Shown: one piece after another, positions 12,856-26,703 of the stretch
How positions within the stretch are numbered: position 1 is the first letter of the stretch
How the letters are laid out: every line of letters starts with the position of its first letter
NCBI RefSeq assembly: GCF_036321535.1
Contig: NC_087436.1
Location: 8,370,001 to 8,434,000 of the forward strand
Origin: Camelus dromedarius
Lineage: Eukaryota
DNA: 64,000 bases
Direction of reading: 5' to 3'
Position numbers and translations under genes: made by a program
Notes under the pieces: generated by a model
Databases searched by the model: none
What the model was told of the DNA's origin: nothing
What the model saw: only the letters and a program-made list of their open reading frames with translations

Positions 12856-13516
12856 TGAGACAGGAGGGGAGAGGGCAGGGCACAACCTTTAAAAGAATGA
12901 CACAGACACTGCGGACTGGACAAATACTGGTTAGAACCAAGTAGTCCCAAGATGGCAGAAGAGTTGACTTCCAGTAGACCATGAGCCTCATTACAGGGTC
13001 ATTGTCATACATTAGCTGCTAAATGGCACTCCCACAGGTGCCATGACAGTTCCCAGGCTGATGTAAAAGGTCAAAAAGTGGGCAATGGCCCAATTCCTGA
13101 AAAATCCCAGCCCCCTCCCCAAAGTGGTTGGAATGATTCTCCCAGTTGTTAGCGTATGAAATCACTCAGCCCATAAAAACTAACCACCTCTACACTCTGG
13201 GGCTGCTCTCCCTGCTGAGACACCACACACTCTGTCTATGGCATGTGCCTCTCTCTAGATAAACTAGCTTTCATTTTACTGTGGCTGGCTCTTCTTTTTC
13301 TGTAAATCTTGATTTTTTTTTGTTTTTAATTGAAGTTCAGGCGGCTACAACGTGCTAATTTGTGGTGTAAAGCAGGGTCCCAGCCATGCACATACAGCTT
13401 ACTCTTGAATTCTTTCCTGCTGGAAGACAATGACCCTCACTGGGCAGCCCGTCCCTTGAGCTCACCTGGGACCTAATACCTTGGCTTTCCTCTTGTGCCC
13501 TCCTTCTCCTGCAACA
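12856..13516 (+). mobile_element. ERV1-type solo LTR (family A, copy 2) carrying a ~110-bp antisense L1 3' insertion
   Basis: Same termini and internal blocks as 4900-5441. TSD actg/gctg. The extra segment at about 13295-13400 is absent from copy 1. Confidence 0.85.
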
Positions 13517-16500
13517 GCTGGGCTGGTCTCCCAGCGTCTCCCAGCACTGTTACCTCTCTTGCCCATTTCATTCTCAATGCTGTAGTCAATACTGTTGGGT
13601 AAATCCTGTAGAGTCTTCTGTTGTGTATACAGACTTGGTTCTTGGCACAAGGCTTGGTAGGAACCCTCAGGCATGGCTGCCTCTCCTTCAGTGGGCTTAT
13701 CTGCAGAATTGTCAGCTGCTGGAGCACCCAAGAATTCTGATGTCTCTCCCCTGGTCTCAACTCAACCATTGTGGTTCCTGTTGGAGAACTGCTTGCTCAG
13801 CTGTCATTAGGAAATTGTCTGCTGGGAGAGTGCTTGCCGAGCTCATCTCATGAATGTCCATGCTTCCAAAATGTGTGCTTGTGTGCCCCTGCTGTCCAAT
13901 GCATAATAACTCACCTTATGTCCTTTTTTGATTGTTTACAGTGGAGGGTCTATCTAAACTCACCCGATCATACTTGGAAGTGAAATCTCTGTGTTGTTAC
14001 ATTATGTTTTGTATTAACAGACAAAATACATAAGCCTTAATTGCAGCTGCAGAACAAAATAAAATTGCTGTCAACCTTGTCAAAATAAAAGTAAAATTAT
14101 AAAATTATAGCTCACATAAGTTCAGGACAGAAGAGAGCACAGGTGCTTCCTTACCTTGTAGGAAGATGTCGATAGATAATGTTTAAAAGTGGTCTGCTAT
14201 TGATATAATTACAAATAAGCTGAGGTTGGAAAATAACAGAATTATTTTACATTAAGTGGAATAAAAGAGGGTGTACAGAGTGATTTTAATAAGATAAATT
14301 GTTATCTTTTGTCAGTAGATCAAATATGTAATATCAATAAATGAAGTAATCATGAGAAATATTTCGCATTAGCTTCTAGAATAAACTATTAATAATGAGA
14401 GATGGGAAAAAATAAAGAGGACACTCTTGTTCTTCCTTCTAATGAGTTAAAAGTTTACGTGTGTTAAAAACTTGTAAAACACTGCAAATTGAAAAAATAT
14501 ATCCATTTTGACATCCATGTATCATACAATAACTGGTTACTTCTGGGTTGTATGGTGTTAAGATCCTATTTTTATTTCCTTTTTTATGTTTTTAAATAAT
14601 TTAAAATTCGTTATGTGAATGTCTTACTTTTATGTTCAGAAAACACACAGTCACACAAGCATTAAGCCCAGTGTTTGATTTGTGTTTGCTGGGTCTCACT
14701 TTGTGTTTATTAGGCTTTGTGTTTGTGTAAACACTTTGTGTTTATTGTATTTCAAAAGCCTATATGTAAATCTGCCCACATGTTCCTCCGTGACCCAGAA
14801 ATCCTGGTAAGTTACTGTCCCCAAAATACCCAAGGGGCATCAAACAAATCTCCCAGTGCTACAGCCAAATATTTTCTGATGAAGTTTGTCTGTTTTTACC
14901 AAGAATTAAAAATTCCACATGCTGTGAGCGAAATGAAAATATCTTCCTCAGAGTGGCATTCCACTTGTGTCCAGAGCTAGCTAGCTTGAGCCCCTAAACC
15001 TACTTATGTTTCCTCCTTTGACTTTGGGGTTACCTTCCATTCTTATAAATGGGCCCCTGATGGACGGCCATGGCATCTAAGAGACTGTCATGGATTTGAT
15101 CTCCATCTTCTTTACTGCCATGAACTAAATTTGACACATACAAGGAATACGGTATAATAGTTTAGTATCTGAGGGTACTGTAAGTCCTCATTACTTTGGG
15201 GATATTTTTCTCCATCTGAAAAAGGAAGTGAAAAGAGCATTCTCTGAGAGGATGGCTTCTGATACCATCTGGAAGATAGCAGATTGAGTCATGATTCAGG
15301 GTTTGTGGATTGGCAACTATTTGATTACACTTGCTCTAGTCTATAGCATGTATCCTCACACACTGACTTCCACCACAGGTTGTAAACATACTACAAAATA
15401 AAATGAACAAGAATACTTAACATTCTGCTCTTTTCTGTTTAGTGTTTTCTATGTACTTTTGAACCTTATTTCTTTGCAAGTTTGCTGACATTGCACGTTA
15501 TGTTCAAAGTTGCAGCTCCCAAACTTAAACGGAAAGGGTCATTTTCATAAGATGACTGTCCTGCTCAGTTTCATTTCATACTACTTCTCATTGTATGACA
15601 CAAAACAGAATATCTTAGGATAGCACAGTTACGCATCATTTAGCGTCTGCAGCATATGAACATAACTGTCCTCTAAGACAATAGGAAATACATAAAGGAA
15701 TTTCTCAGGACTTAATGGGCACATTTTAAACTCTACAAATATTTCTGTTTTGTGGAATCCTATATCCTGGAATAATTAGCAAAAGAATATAGACTGTGTA
15801 ATTCAATAGTCATTTCCATTTAAAAAAAGCCCTGAATTTTGACCTGCATGGTTATTTAGTAGAGGAATAACTCTGATTATTAATACAGGAAATGTTGAAT
15901 TTAGCATGCAAGTCATCCTGATGTATTCTTCTGTGATAGGGTACATTTGACTTTGATATTTTCCTGAGTTCATCTCCAAGAGAAAGGTAATTAAAAATAA
16001 AGATGCAATGTGTATTCTCATCACAAATCATATTTTATGGTAATGTGTACTTTTAGATACACATTTAAAGGGTATCCATCATAAATTTTTATGTTGTACA
16101 TGAAGAAAAGTGGGTAATATTCCAAATAGGTAATAACTTTACAAATTGCATGGAAATGAATGGCACAAATGTGCTTGGGCGGTGTCTTTTAGAAAATTCA
16201 TTGCTTTAGAAGTTCTTTATTTGAAAGCTTATAAATTCAGAAATCTTCTCTGATCAGAACTTGTTTTTTTTTCCCCCTGGTTCCTTGTTGGTTTTGTTAT
16301 GAACATAGAAAAGAAGTGAAAAACTAAACCAGAATCCAAGGGGGTATCAATATTTCCCAGTGTGTGTGTGTTTGTGCGTGTGTGTGTTTTTAAGTCCATT
16401 GCTAATTACTTGAAACATCTGGAGTCTGTAACACACTCAGAACGTCTCACTCCTCTTTTTCTCTTCCAGGATCTCTGTGGATGGATGGGATTAATGTGAG

Positions 16501-17139
16501 GACAGATAACTCATCCAAGAAAAATTAAGTGGCTTTGAAATTAAGTCTGGAGTGTTCAACATTGCCACGGGGAGATAAAACACCACCACACACTCATGTA
16601 AACGGTTTAGTTGGTGTGTCCCTTTCTTCAAATGAGTTTTCGCTTGTCTGTTCAAACTGTGCATCAGCTGCTTTGGCTGAAGTCTGGATGAATTTTCTTT
16701 CAGCTTCTTCACGACACCGCTTGGTCTTTACCAGTGTCCTCTGAGCATCGCCTGTACCTAGTAGAATCCAGAAAATGTCGTTGTAAAATCGCCGAAGAAA
16801 AATATGAACACTTAAAGATTGAAATGCTCAGTCTCGGTTCTGTAATTTGTAATAAGTAGCTATTTCCTAAAGATATGATGAAAATTAAAATTAAAAATAA
16901 ATTTTAAATACCCCAACAATCCCTTGAAAATCACAAGTTCTGAATAAGCGTTCGTTTTCTTCTCCATGTATTTACTGACATGAAACACTACCCACAACAT
17001 GATCACAAAGTAAAATTGCCTCATTCCCTAAAAACAATGAGAGCTTAAATTGTCACGTAACTCCAGCACTACATTGTAGTTATTTTTGTCCTACTTGAGC
17101 AGGCTAGACACTGGGAAGAGCTAAGGGGCACTCACTCAT

Positions 17140-17275
17140 TCTATCGTTCGTTCATTCATTCATTCAATCACTAGCTATCTATGGAGAATCTGCTGTATGG
17201 CAGACATTGTGAGAAGTTATGGGGATAAAGTATCAAACAAGGCAGACATGCTCCCCCTTTACAGACCCATGAAAA
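17140..17275 (-). mobile_element. LINE-2 3' end
   Basis: (cattc/ttca)n tail followed by 'ctgctgtatggcagacattgtg...ggggataaag...aaggcagacatgctccc'. Confidence 0.65.
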
Positions 17276-17715
17276 AGTAGAACAGGTACATGCTCTAACC
17301 TGTGCACTTACTAAACAAAAACATACTTCAGAATTCACAATCTGATATATGGTCTTAAACTTTAAACACAACTTGAAAGTGGTCATAGCGAAAGACAAAA
17401 CTGAAACAACTCAAGTTCTGTTCCTTTGTCTTTGTAATCATTGTGCTCTTGTTTACTGCAATTCCACCATTTAAATGCAAGAAAATGTAGCACCACAGGG
17501 GTTGCAGGGGATACTAAGCCTTAAGTGAACTGAAACAAATGCAAATCTTGAGGCACTGACTCCAAAAAAGTGTGTTTACTCTTAAAAAAGCCAAATCTGT
17601 GTTTCAAGCATTAATTGTATAACTGGGAATTTTCCAGACTGACTTCCTTGAAGATTATATGTGAAATACAGTGTTTATTAAGGCATGATAATAAAATAAG
17701 TGTTAAATAATTAAT

Positions 17716-18500
17716 TAAAATTGAAGTATAGTCAATTATAATGTGTCAATTTCTGATGTACAGCATAATGTCCCAGTCATGCATATATATATACGCATTT
17801 GTTTTCATATTATTTTTCATTAAAGGTTATTACAAGACACTGAATATAGTTCCCTGTGCTACACAGAAGAAATTTGGTTTTTTATCTATTTATATATATA
17901 GTGGTTAACATTTGCATATCTCAAACTCCCAAATTTCTCCCTTTCCAAACCCTTTCCCTTGGTAACTACAAGATTGTTTACTAGGTCTGCAAGTCTGTTT
18001 CTGTTCTGTGGATGAGTTCATTAGTGTCCTCTTTTTTCTTTCTTTCCTTTTTTTTTTTTTTTTTCAGATTCCATATTAAGTGATATCACGTGGTATTTTT
18101 CTTTCTCTTTCTGGCTTACTTCACTTAGAATAAATAACAACCTCCAGGTCTATCCATATTGCTGCAAATGGCATCATTTACTACCTTTTTATGGCTGAAT
18201 AGCATTCTATTGTATAAATATACAACAACTTCTTTATCCGGTCATCTGTCGATGGACATTTAGGTTGCGTCCACGTCTTGGCTGTTGTATATAGTGCTGC
18301 TATGAGCATTATGGTACGTGTATCTTTTTGAATTAGAGTTCCCTCTGGATGTATACCCAGAAGTGGGATTGCTGGATCACATGGTAAGTCTTTCAGTTTT
18401 TTGAGGAATCTCCATGCCATTTTCCACAACGGCTGCACCAAACTACATTCCCACCAGTGGTGTAGGAGGGTTCCCTTTTCTCCACACCCTCTTTAACATT
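17716..18500 (-). mobile_element. Young-type LINE-1, 5'-truncated (ORF2 C-terminus remnant plus 3' UTR)
   Basis: ORF 18181-18441 (-) reads [23 protein letters not shown]...KTW.QPKCPS.D, the L1 ORF2p C-terminal motif. A typical 3' UTR follows. Confidence 0.92.
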
Positions 18501-19697
18501 TACCATTATTTTAAAACACAGGCACAAATGTATCTGTGCATATGTATGTGTACATACATGTGTGCATTTTAAAACAACACATTTATTTTTATCACTGACT
18601 TTATTTAAAGTCACCAGTGTATGTTGATAATATAAAGCCAACCATGTTCAGTTGGTTTTATTTTTGTTCATGAATTCTCTATGGAGTGTGTGATATCTTG
18701 TTGTCTGCACCAAGGAACAATACCTCCCATCATCTCAGTCTTGCCATGTCACTAGATGACACTTAAGAACCCTTCTGTACTACCGGGATATGGAATTGGC
18801 TGATAAATGCCTTTCTTTATATGTCAGTTGGAGCCAATGAGCCTTAAACAGCACTAGGATTAAACTTTCTTACTGACTCTGAACCAGTCCCATTACGCTG
18901 TATCACAGCAAGGTGATTTCCTTCTTTAAGCATATCTATCACTAAGTCATAATTTGATGACCTCCTATTTTATCAGTGGTAAGGAAACAGTACCCAGTCA
19001 CTTTTCTTATCTTCTGTCTATGCTCAGGACAAAAGATGAAAGTCTCAATACTGTCAACATAGTCATTTCTGGTCTTCAAATAATTGACTGTGACACCACC
19101 AGAAAAAGTATTCTTCCCCTCTGCATGAGTGGGATGCAGGTTGAGCAACAGAGGAACCAACCCAAGCCTTCAAAGAACCCAGCCTGACAGTCTGTGTCTA
19201 CAGCTATAACTGATATAAATTACATAACCCTCCACACTGCAGATGGGAATGAAGGCTCCCTTAGACCGGGGGGGTTACAGTTTGGTGCAGTGGTCAGTGG
19301 GAAAAAATTAGAACTGAAGAGAGTAATGGACTTGTGCATGGGGGGGAACATCTGGAAGGAAGTTTGAAATGTGCAATTTTAAATGTGGGAATATTCCCCA
19401 TGAATACAAGAACACAAGAGATATGCTGAAGGAGCCAAAGGAATGATTAGTAATTAATGGAGTATTTTACAGATTTATACTATGCTCTATAAATGGGCTG
19501 AGGAAGACATGGGTATTCTTTCCAAAAAATTATCCTGTGACCCCAGTGATTATGCAGATGGCTTTGGATATGTTTAGGAAGAACAGAAAGTGGAGAGATC
19601 AGGATGTAGTTCTTCTGATCTTGAGTGTTTGTGGATATTCAGGCAAAAAATCAAAGTTTCATTCAGAGGAAAGTTTTTCACACCACAATAGGCTCTT

Positions 19698-20075
19698 TAG
19701 TGAATAAGTCAGACAGAGAAATATGAATATCATACAATATCACTTATATATGGAATCTAAAAAAATGATACAAATTAACTTATTTACATAACAGAAACTG
19801 ACTCAGACATAGAAAACAAGCTTATGGTTACGGGGGTTTGCAGGGAAGGATAAATTAAGAGTTTGGGATTAACAGATACACGTTACTGTACATAAAATAA
19901 ATAAACCACAAGGTCCTGTACAGCACAGGGAAGTATATTTAATATCCTGTAATAATCTATAATGGAAAAGAATCTGAAAAAGAATATATATATATATGAA
20001 TATATGTAATTGAATCTCTCTGCTGTAACCTGAAACTAACACAACATTGTAAATCAACTAAACTTCAATAAAAAA
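19698..20075 (+). mobile_element. LINE-1 3' end (5'-truncated)
   Basis: 'aataagtcagacagaga...tcacttatatatggaatctaaaaaaatgatacaaat...cattgtaaatcaactaaacttcaataaaaaa'. Confidence 0.88.
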
Positions 20076-21751
20076 TTTCTTTTTAATATTTTCAGACTAA
20101 AAAGCTGCTAGAATTAGAATGCATCAACACTCTTCTTTCCCTTTCTTTGAAGAGACTTCAGAACTGCACAACATCGGTCTAGGATAAAATGCAAGCCTTC
20201 TGATGTGTTGAAGGTGGGACAAAAAATGCATTTCCTCTTTATAGCTTCATGACTTGCACCTATTCTGATAAAAACGAAGATTTTGAGCATTTGTATTTTC
20301 CCAAAGTGTTAGAGTTAGCAAGAGTCATCCGTATTCCTAAGTTAAAGTCTAACTAGCTGGACTTTACAGACTGAATATGAGGAGGAGTCTGTCTAACAAA
20401 GTCAGGAAATGGAGGGTTGTGGTGCCGATCCACCCTACCTACCTCCAAATTTGACCCTAACAACAGTGCTCATTTCCCCCTGCTGTGCTCAAAACTGGGC
20501 TAAGGAGAGTCTGGCTCTCTTCCTAACCTTACGCCTCTCACTTTACCAGTGGATCACGTGGGAAAAGGTCAGTGGAAACACCTGAATTAGTAACCTAGTG
20601 GCTCCCACAGCTTCTGTACAGATAAGAGTTAAGATGTGGCAAAATGTCTTCTGGATTGTGATGTGATTCCATAAAAGTGCTTGGTGAGACGGGGTTATGT
20701 GATTCTTGGCATCCAAAGAGGAGGAACTAGGAACTAGGAACTCCATGAAGAAATCACAAAAAACAAAACAAAAAAAACCAAAACACAACGGTAGATTTTT
20801 CTGACCTGAAATGTGGTATTAATCCTAGGAAGAGATAGCCCACCATCACCACTGCGACCACAGGTGCATAGAAGCTACGTGGAGAGGTGCTCCCTAGCTG
20901 TCTCTACGCCCTAAGCTGGGAAGAAAGTGTATCCTCACTTTGAATCTATACAAAGCATTCCACCAGGGAGAGTCTTTAAAAGACCTACCTTCTTTCAGGA
21001 ACTTAGTCCACTTCCCTCACTTCCTCCTAACCCCAGTGCCCTAACCGACACCAAGAAAGGAAATAAAATCTTGTTGTCTTTGGTAATGAGGGGAGAAGAG
21101 ACAGGTTCTCTCTTCCTACAATCATGGAAACAGTTTGGTTGAAAGAGATGTTCCAAATTAACAAGAGAAATGATAATTCACCATATAGAATTATGTATTA
21201 CTATTGTTTTAAGGGATCTGAAAAAAACCCAAACATTTCCATCATTCCTACTTCTGGTCTACTGTGGGAGAGCCAGGATCAGGTAGGTGAGGGAGAGCTG
21301 TGGTGTAAAAATACCAGAAGACCTTAGGTAAGAGAAAAAGTTAGAGGATTCCTTGATGTCTAGAGGAGGTAGAATTTGTGTGGGTTGATAGCTTACTCAA
21401 AGGGATATTAAAAAAAATTTACAACATACTCTGGACTCTATTATGTGTATATCATCATCTAGAAATAAGATTTCCTTTACGCCTATGGAATACAACTTCT
21501 CTCCCAAAAAATTATGGGCATACCCAAGGTTATTTATAAATAAATGAACTATCTTTATAATATTCAAGAAATCTTTCTGAAAAATGATTACAAATCCAGA
21601 AAAAAAGGTAGAGAAATTCCGCATATTAGGAAACAAAAAAGAAGACAGAGCTCTAAAAAGTTGAAGGGTGTCTATGGTAAGGGTTTTTATTCAACTAACA
21701 TCAATTAAAAATGAAAAGTCTCCTGGATCTCTCTTACAAGTCTTGTCACCC

Positions 21752-23153
21752 ACCACTTATGGTCAATTAATTTATAAAAAAGGAGGCAACAATTTACAAT
21801 AGATAAAAGACAGTCTTTTCCATAAGTGGTGTAAGTGGTGTTGGGAAAACTGAACATCAACATGTAAAAGAATGAAAGCAGAATATTTTCTAACATGATA
21901 TACAAAAATGAAATGTATTAAAGATCTGAATGTAAGCCTGGAAACCATAAAACTCCTAGAAGAAAACATGGAACGCTCTTTAACAAAAGTCATAATAATA
22001 TTTTTTTTTGGATCTGTCTCCTAAAGCAAAGGAAATGAAAGCAAAAATAAACAACCATGACATAATTAGACTTGAATGCTTTTGCACAGCAAAGGAAACC
22101 ATTGACAAGATGAAAAGACAACCTACTGAATGGGAAAAAAATCTTCAAATGATATGACTAATAAAGGGTTAATATCCCAAATATGTAAATGGCTCATACA
22201 ACTCAATATCAAAAAAAAAAAAAAAACAACTGATTAAAAACTGGGTAGAAGACCTGAATACACATTGTTCCAAAGAAGACATACTGAATGTCCAACAGGC
22301 ACATGAAAACATGCTCACTGTCTTTAATTATCAGAGAAATGCGAATCAAAACCACAATGAGGTATCATCTCACATCCGTCAGAATGGCTATCATCAAAAT
22401 GAACACAAATAACAAATGTTGGTGAGGCTGTGGAGAAAAGGGAACCCTTGTACACTTTTGGTGGTAATGTAAATTGGTGCAGCCACTGTGGAAAACTATA
22501 TGAAGATTTCTCAAAAAACTAAAAATAGAGCTGCCTTATGATCCAGTAATTCCATTCCTGGGTATACATCTGAAAAAAACCCCACAAAATTCAAAAAGAT
22601 ACATGCACCCCACTGTTCATAGCAGCATTATTTACAATAGCCAAGATATGGAAGCAACCTAAGTGTCCATCAACAGATGAATGGATAAAAGAGATGTGGT
22701 ATATATACAATGAAAGACAATCCAGCCATGAAAAAGAATGACTTTTTTTTTCCATTTGCAACAACACGATGGACTTGGAGGGTATTATGCTAAGTGAAAT
22801 AAGTCAGACAGAGAAAGACAAATATTATATGATATCACTTATATGTCAAACCTAAAAAAGTAAAACAAACGAGTGAATGTAACAAAAGAGAAACAGACTC
22901 ACTGATATAGAGAACAAACTCGTGGTTACCAGTGGGGACAAGAAAGGAGGGTGAGGCAAGACAGGGACAGGGGATTAAGGAGTACAAACTACTATGTAAG
23001 AAATAAATAAGCTACCAGGATATATTGTACATCACAGGGAATATAGCTAAGATTTTATAATAAATGGAGTAAAACCTTTAAAAATTGTGAATCACTATCT
23101 TGGACCCATGAAACTTACAATATAATGTATATCAACTGTACCTCAATTGAAAA
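21752..23153 (+). mobile_element. LINE-1 3' ~1.4 kb (ORF2 C-terminal remnant plus 3' UTR)
   Basis: 'aaccataaaactcctagaagaaaacat', 'gaaatgcgaatcaaaaccacaatgaggtatcatctcac' and 'ggaagcaacctaagtgtccatcaacagatgaatggataaa'. Frames are broken. Confidence 0.93.
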
Positions 23154-25747
23154 ATTAGGTAATTTGTCATTTTGACAATAATTCTTTTGGCACAATTTTA
23201 TTATAATTATTTTTAACTAATAAAGAAATATTCTGACCAAAGTAAGGTCTTGTTAGTTTTGAAGGAGTAAATCAATTATTTACAAAATTCTGTGAATCAA
23301 ATTAAAAGATTAGATTAAATGCCTTGAAACAGGGTGGAAGCTTTCAAGATCAGGATCCAGGGTATCTTAAGTGTTATGACCCTGATTCACGAGCTAAACA
23401 GTTAACCTTCTGTAATTTCATTAAAAAAATTCATGATGATGAAATTCATAGCAAAAAGTTTGATTTGGGGGAAGGGGTAATTAATGGTAGACACCTGCAT
23501 TTGTTTGTTTTGATCTGCATTCTTCCTAAGATTTACTTGAAGTGTAGGTAATTCAAATTTCAGGTAAATGCAAATTGTAATTCTGTTCAAAGTAGTTGAT
23601 TACTTCTTGAAGACCTAATGAAATTTGAAACTAAATCATGAGATTTCTAAGGGGTGCTCTGGAACTGAGCTGGTTCTATTTTCTGTCATTAATGTCATCA
23701 CAACTCTCCCAATGACAGCAGTCAAGACGTACCTCACATGTAAATTAATTAATTTGCATGATATTATATTTACAGACCTGTGGTAAGGGCAAAACTCACT
23801 AAATAATATGTTTGTCACCAAAAATTATTTTGAGTCTAATCGTAGAGAAAATAAGTTGGTTTTCATGTTTGTAAGATATTTACTATTTATACCTCAAAAT
23901 CAAGAAAGTGGTAAATTTTAAAACCCCCAAAGAAGGTCAGCTTATATTAATAAATTTGCATTGTACTTTTCCAATAGTCTAGTAAATTAAATTTAAGTGG
24001 CAACAGGATATTTGAAAAGTACTACATTAAGCTGCATGACAAAAAATAGGCAGACAGGGCTTTTGTGAGGGTTCTTAAAAATTTCCAAGAATGTGTAACA
24101 TTTTTTTTTTTTTTAGTTTAGTTTAGCATATACCATCCTCATAAAATATGGAAGTTCTATCTCTAATCACTTAGAAACTAGAAGTTAAAATATAAAATTA
24201 CTGTGAATCTGAATTAAATGGCACTACCCAGTATGTGATTTCAATAGTATGAGACTACTTAAGTTGTTTCATGGGAAAAAAAAAATCGAGTTAGTTAGAG
24301 AAGCACACTGTATTAGAAAACCATCGTGAAGATGTGCAATGACCACACAAAATGCCCCGGAAGTCCTTCAGCTAAAAAAGGAAAAACACAAGAATTGTGT
24401 GCAATTCAAAGTTTTCCCTTCCCAGCGTTTGTGTCACAATTCTTGAAACACACTCTGGAAAACGGTAGTATGATTATTTAATTCCAACATTTAACTCTGA
24501 AATGTTATAATATTGGGGAGGAGAACTCACAACTGGTCAGCGGAAAGAGATGGACACAGCTATTGATACAACATGAATCGTATTGCTGAGTTATGGACCT
24601 GGAGGAGGACTGGATAGAGGATACCAGTTAACAGACAACTGTACTTTTTCTTCATTCGAATTTCCCGCTCTGTAAACAGGGAGAATTATTGTGGATGGAT
24701 CCCCCTTACCTTTAATCTTCAGTTGAGATTTAATGCCTGTGGAAACAAATATAACACCTCACCATTAATTTCTAATCAAAAGAAGATTACGGTCAGGATA
24801 ACTTCAAAGTTGAATATTATTTTTTGAAAATCGGATATATATGTACGTATAAACACAAGAACGTGTTGAATTTCATTTGATCAATATTCAGCTAATCTCT
24901 AGCCAATTTAATGCCCAGTCATCCTGCATAAACCAGAGATTTTCTTATACTTGTTTATTCTGACAAGACTCAGTCCACTTGATTAAAAACAAAATTGCAG
25001 AAAATCTAGATCACATAAAACCACACCGTTTGTTTGTAAATGAGCTTATAATTTGGAGTTTGGCTTTGCTATCCGAAGTTCCATGTGATACTGTTTTGCA
25101 AAAGAAAAAATGTTTAGTTTTCTCTACTATTACTTAAAAGATGAATATTCTCTTCACTTTCTTAGTAGAAATGTGGAATCCTGTGCTACTTATAATGTAG
25201 AAGTGGGAAGGTCGGAAGAAATCACAGATACCCAGATGCCCTTCCAGTATCCAAGTACCTGTAACCCTACTCTCTATAGTCTCTGTCACCTGGGCCAAGC
25301 CAGGAAGTGACAAAGGCCACTTTTGCCTGTCATGTTTAAGACTGCACAAAAATCCAACTAAATGGCCCTTTGATTCTTTTTCGCTAATTTCTCAACAAAT
25401 CCTAGACAGATAGAACTTATCATCTCAAAGGCAGAGGAAGGTAAAAATAAAAATAAACACATATATAATCTAAAAATTTATCAGCAGATGAAAAAGGATT
25501 TATTATGGGGCCCTAAAGCACAGTTTTGGAAGTCAATTGGAAATGAAAAGAGGACAGAAAAATCTGTACTTTCATGTTAACTTACTAGGAGACTGGAAGA
25601 AATTAACCAACAAACAGAATCCCAAAAGGTGAATGAAAACCACAAACACCTTCAATCATCTTTCACCTTCTTCCTCCTGATAATAACTCCATCCCTGAGT
25701 AAAACAGCATCATCTAATTACATCATGGATCCTGATCAATAATCTTC

Positions 25748-26253
25748 TGATTAAGGTCTTTACTGTTCCCTTCAACTGACTAAACTTTAGACAGTTTGTT
25801 CCTCATTATAGACCCCTGATCTCCACTTTGTCAGAGCTTTTATTTTAGGAAAAACTTACAACTGTAAATGTTTTTAGTGCCTCTGTGAGATGTAAATTTT
25901 CTCCCAGACTTTTTCCAGCTGGGCTGGTTTTACAATGCAGGAATGTCTTTCTCAGGAACTTGGAAGCCTGCCTTTTGAATGTGATGGTTAAGAAAATCGG
26001 GCCCCTGTCTCCCCATCCCTGAGGGAGGGAAGAACTCTATCTTTGGTGACTTCCAATTAGCAAACACAAATGGCCAATCCCATCGGCCATCTTCCGCACT
26101 AATATCGTCCTGTGCTTTTCCACCTGCTCACCCCGGTGCTTAAAAACTCTCCTGCCTTTGGTTTCAGCAGAGGTGAATTCAGTCTCTATCCCATGTTTCA
26201 ATAGTCTTGAATACCGTCATCCTTGCTGTTTAATCCTACACTTTCTCTCTACA
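25748..26253 (+). mobile_element. ERV1 (MER4-group-like) solo LTR
   Basis: TG...CA termini with perfect 4-bp TSD cttc (25744-25747 and 26254-26257). Contains 'gactaaactttag', 'caggaatgtctttctca', TATA-like 'cttaaaaa' and a decayed polyA signal. Confidence 0.72.
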
Positions 26254-26703
26254 CTTCCTCCTTGGGGATTGAAAGGGGCGTGGCCAAATTTGACCTCCTT
26301 TGAAAGAACTGCCACTAAGTATCCATAAAACCAACATTTCTTGCGATGATTTTAAAAAGAAACAGTAGAAGAAATATTAGGCGAACAAACCAGCAAACAA
26401 AAAACTCTGCTCTTAGTATGGGAGTTATTTCAACCCTCCTCTGACTCACCTGGCACTTTCTCGCTTACTTAGAATCAAGCCAATGGCACAGGTAGAGACA
26501 GGTTTCCCTTTTGCTGCTATCTTAATTGGCTCATGAGAATATTTTAGCAGAAATAATTATATGTATATTAACTCAAATATAATGAAAGCTATGCTATTGA
26601 AAATCAAGGAGGTATTTGCAAATATGTATCTGCAACTTTGTCCACGAGCCGGTTGTTTAAATAACTGGACCTTAATTATTTCTCCTTTGCCCCCATACCA
26701 AGT

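Noticed and set aside
4900..13516. Possible full-length provirus (two related LTRs at provirus-like spacing)
   Set aside because: No primer-binding site after LTR1, no polypurine tract before LTR2 and no gag/pol/env remnants. Each LTR has its own TSD, and the old L1 continues on both sides of LTR2.
18181..18441. Protein-coding ORFs with real protein similarity (also 56308-56637, 61463-61717, 61874-62092)
   Set aside because: These are fragments of 5'-truncated, frameshifted L1 ORF2, not host genes.
20726..20745. Short tandem (ggaacta)x3 repeat
   Set aside because: Simple slippage duplication with no spacers; not a CRISPR or functional array.
24340..24680. Promoter-like ETS (ccggaagt) and E2F (tttcccgc) motifs
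   Set aside because: Isolated short matches with no CpG island or downstream exon evidence.
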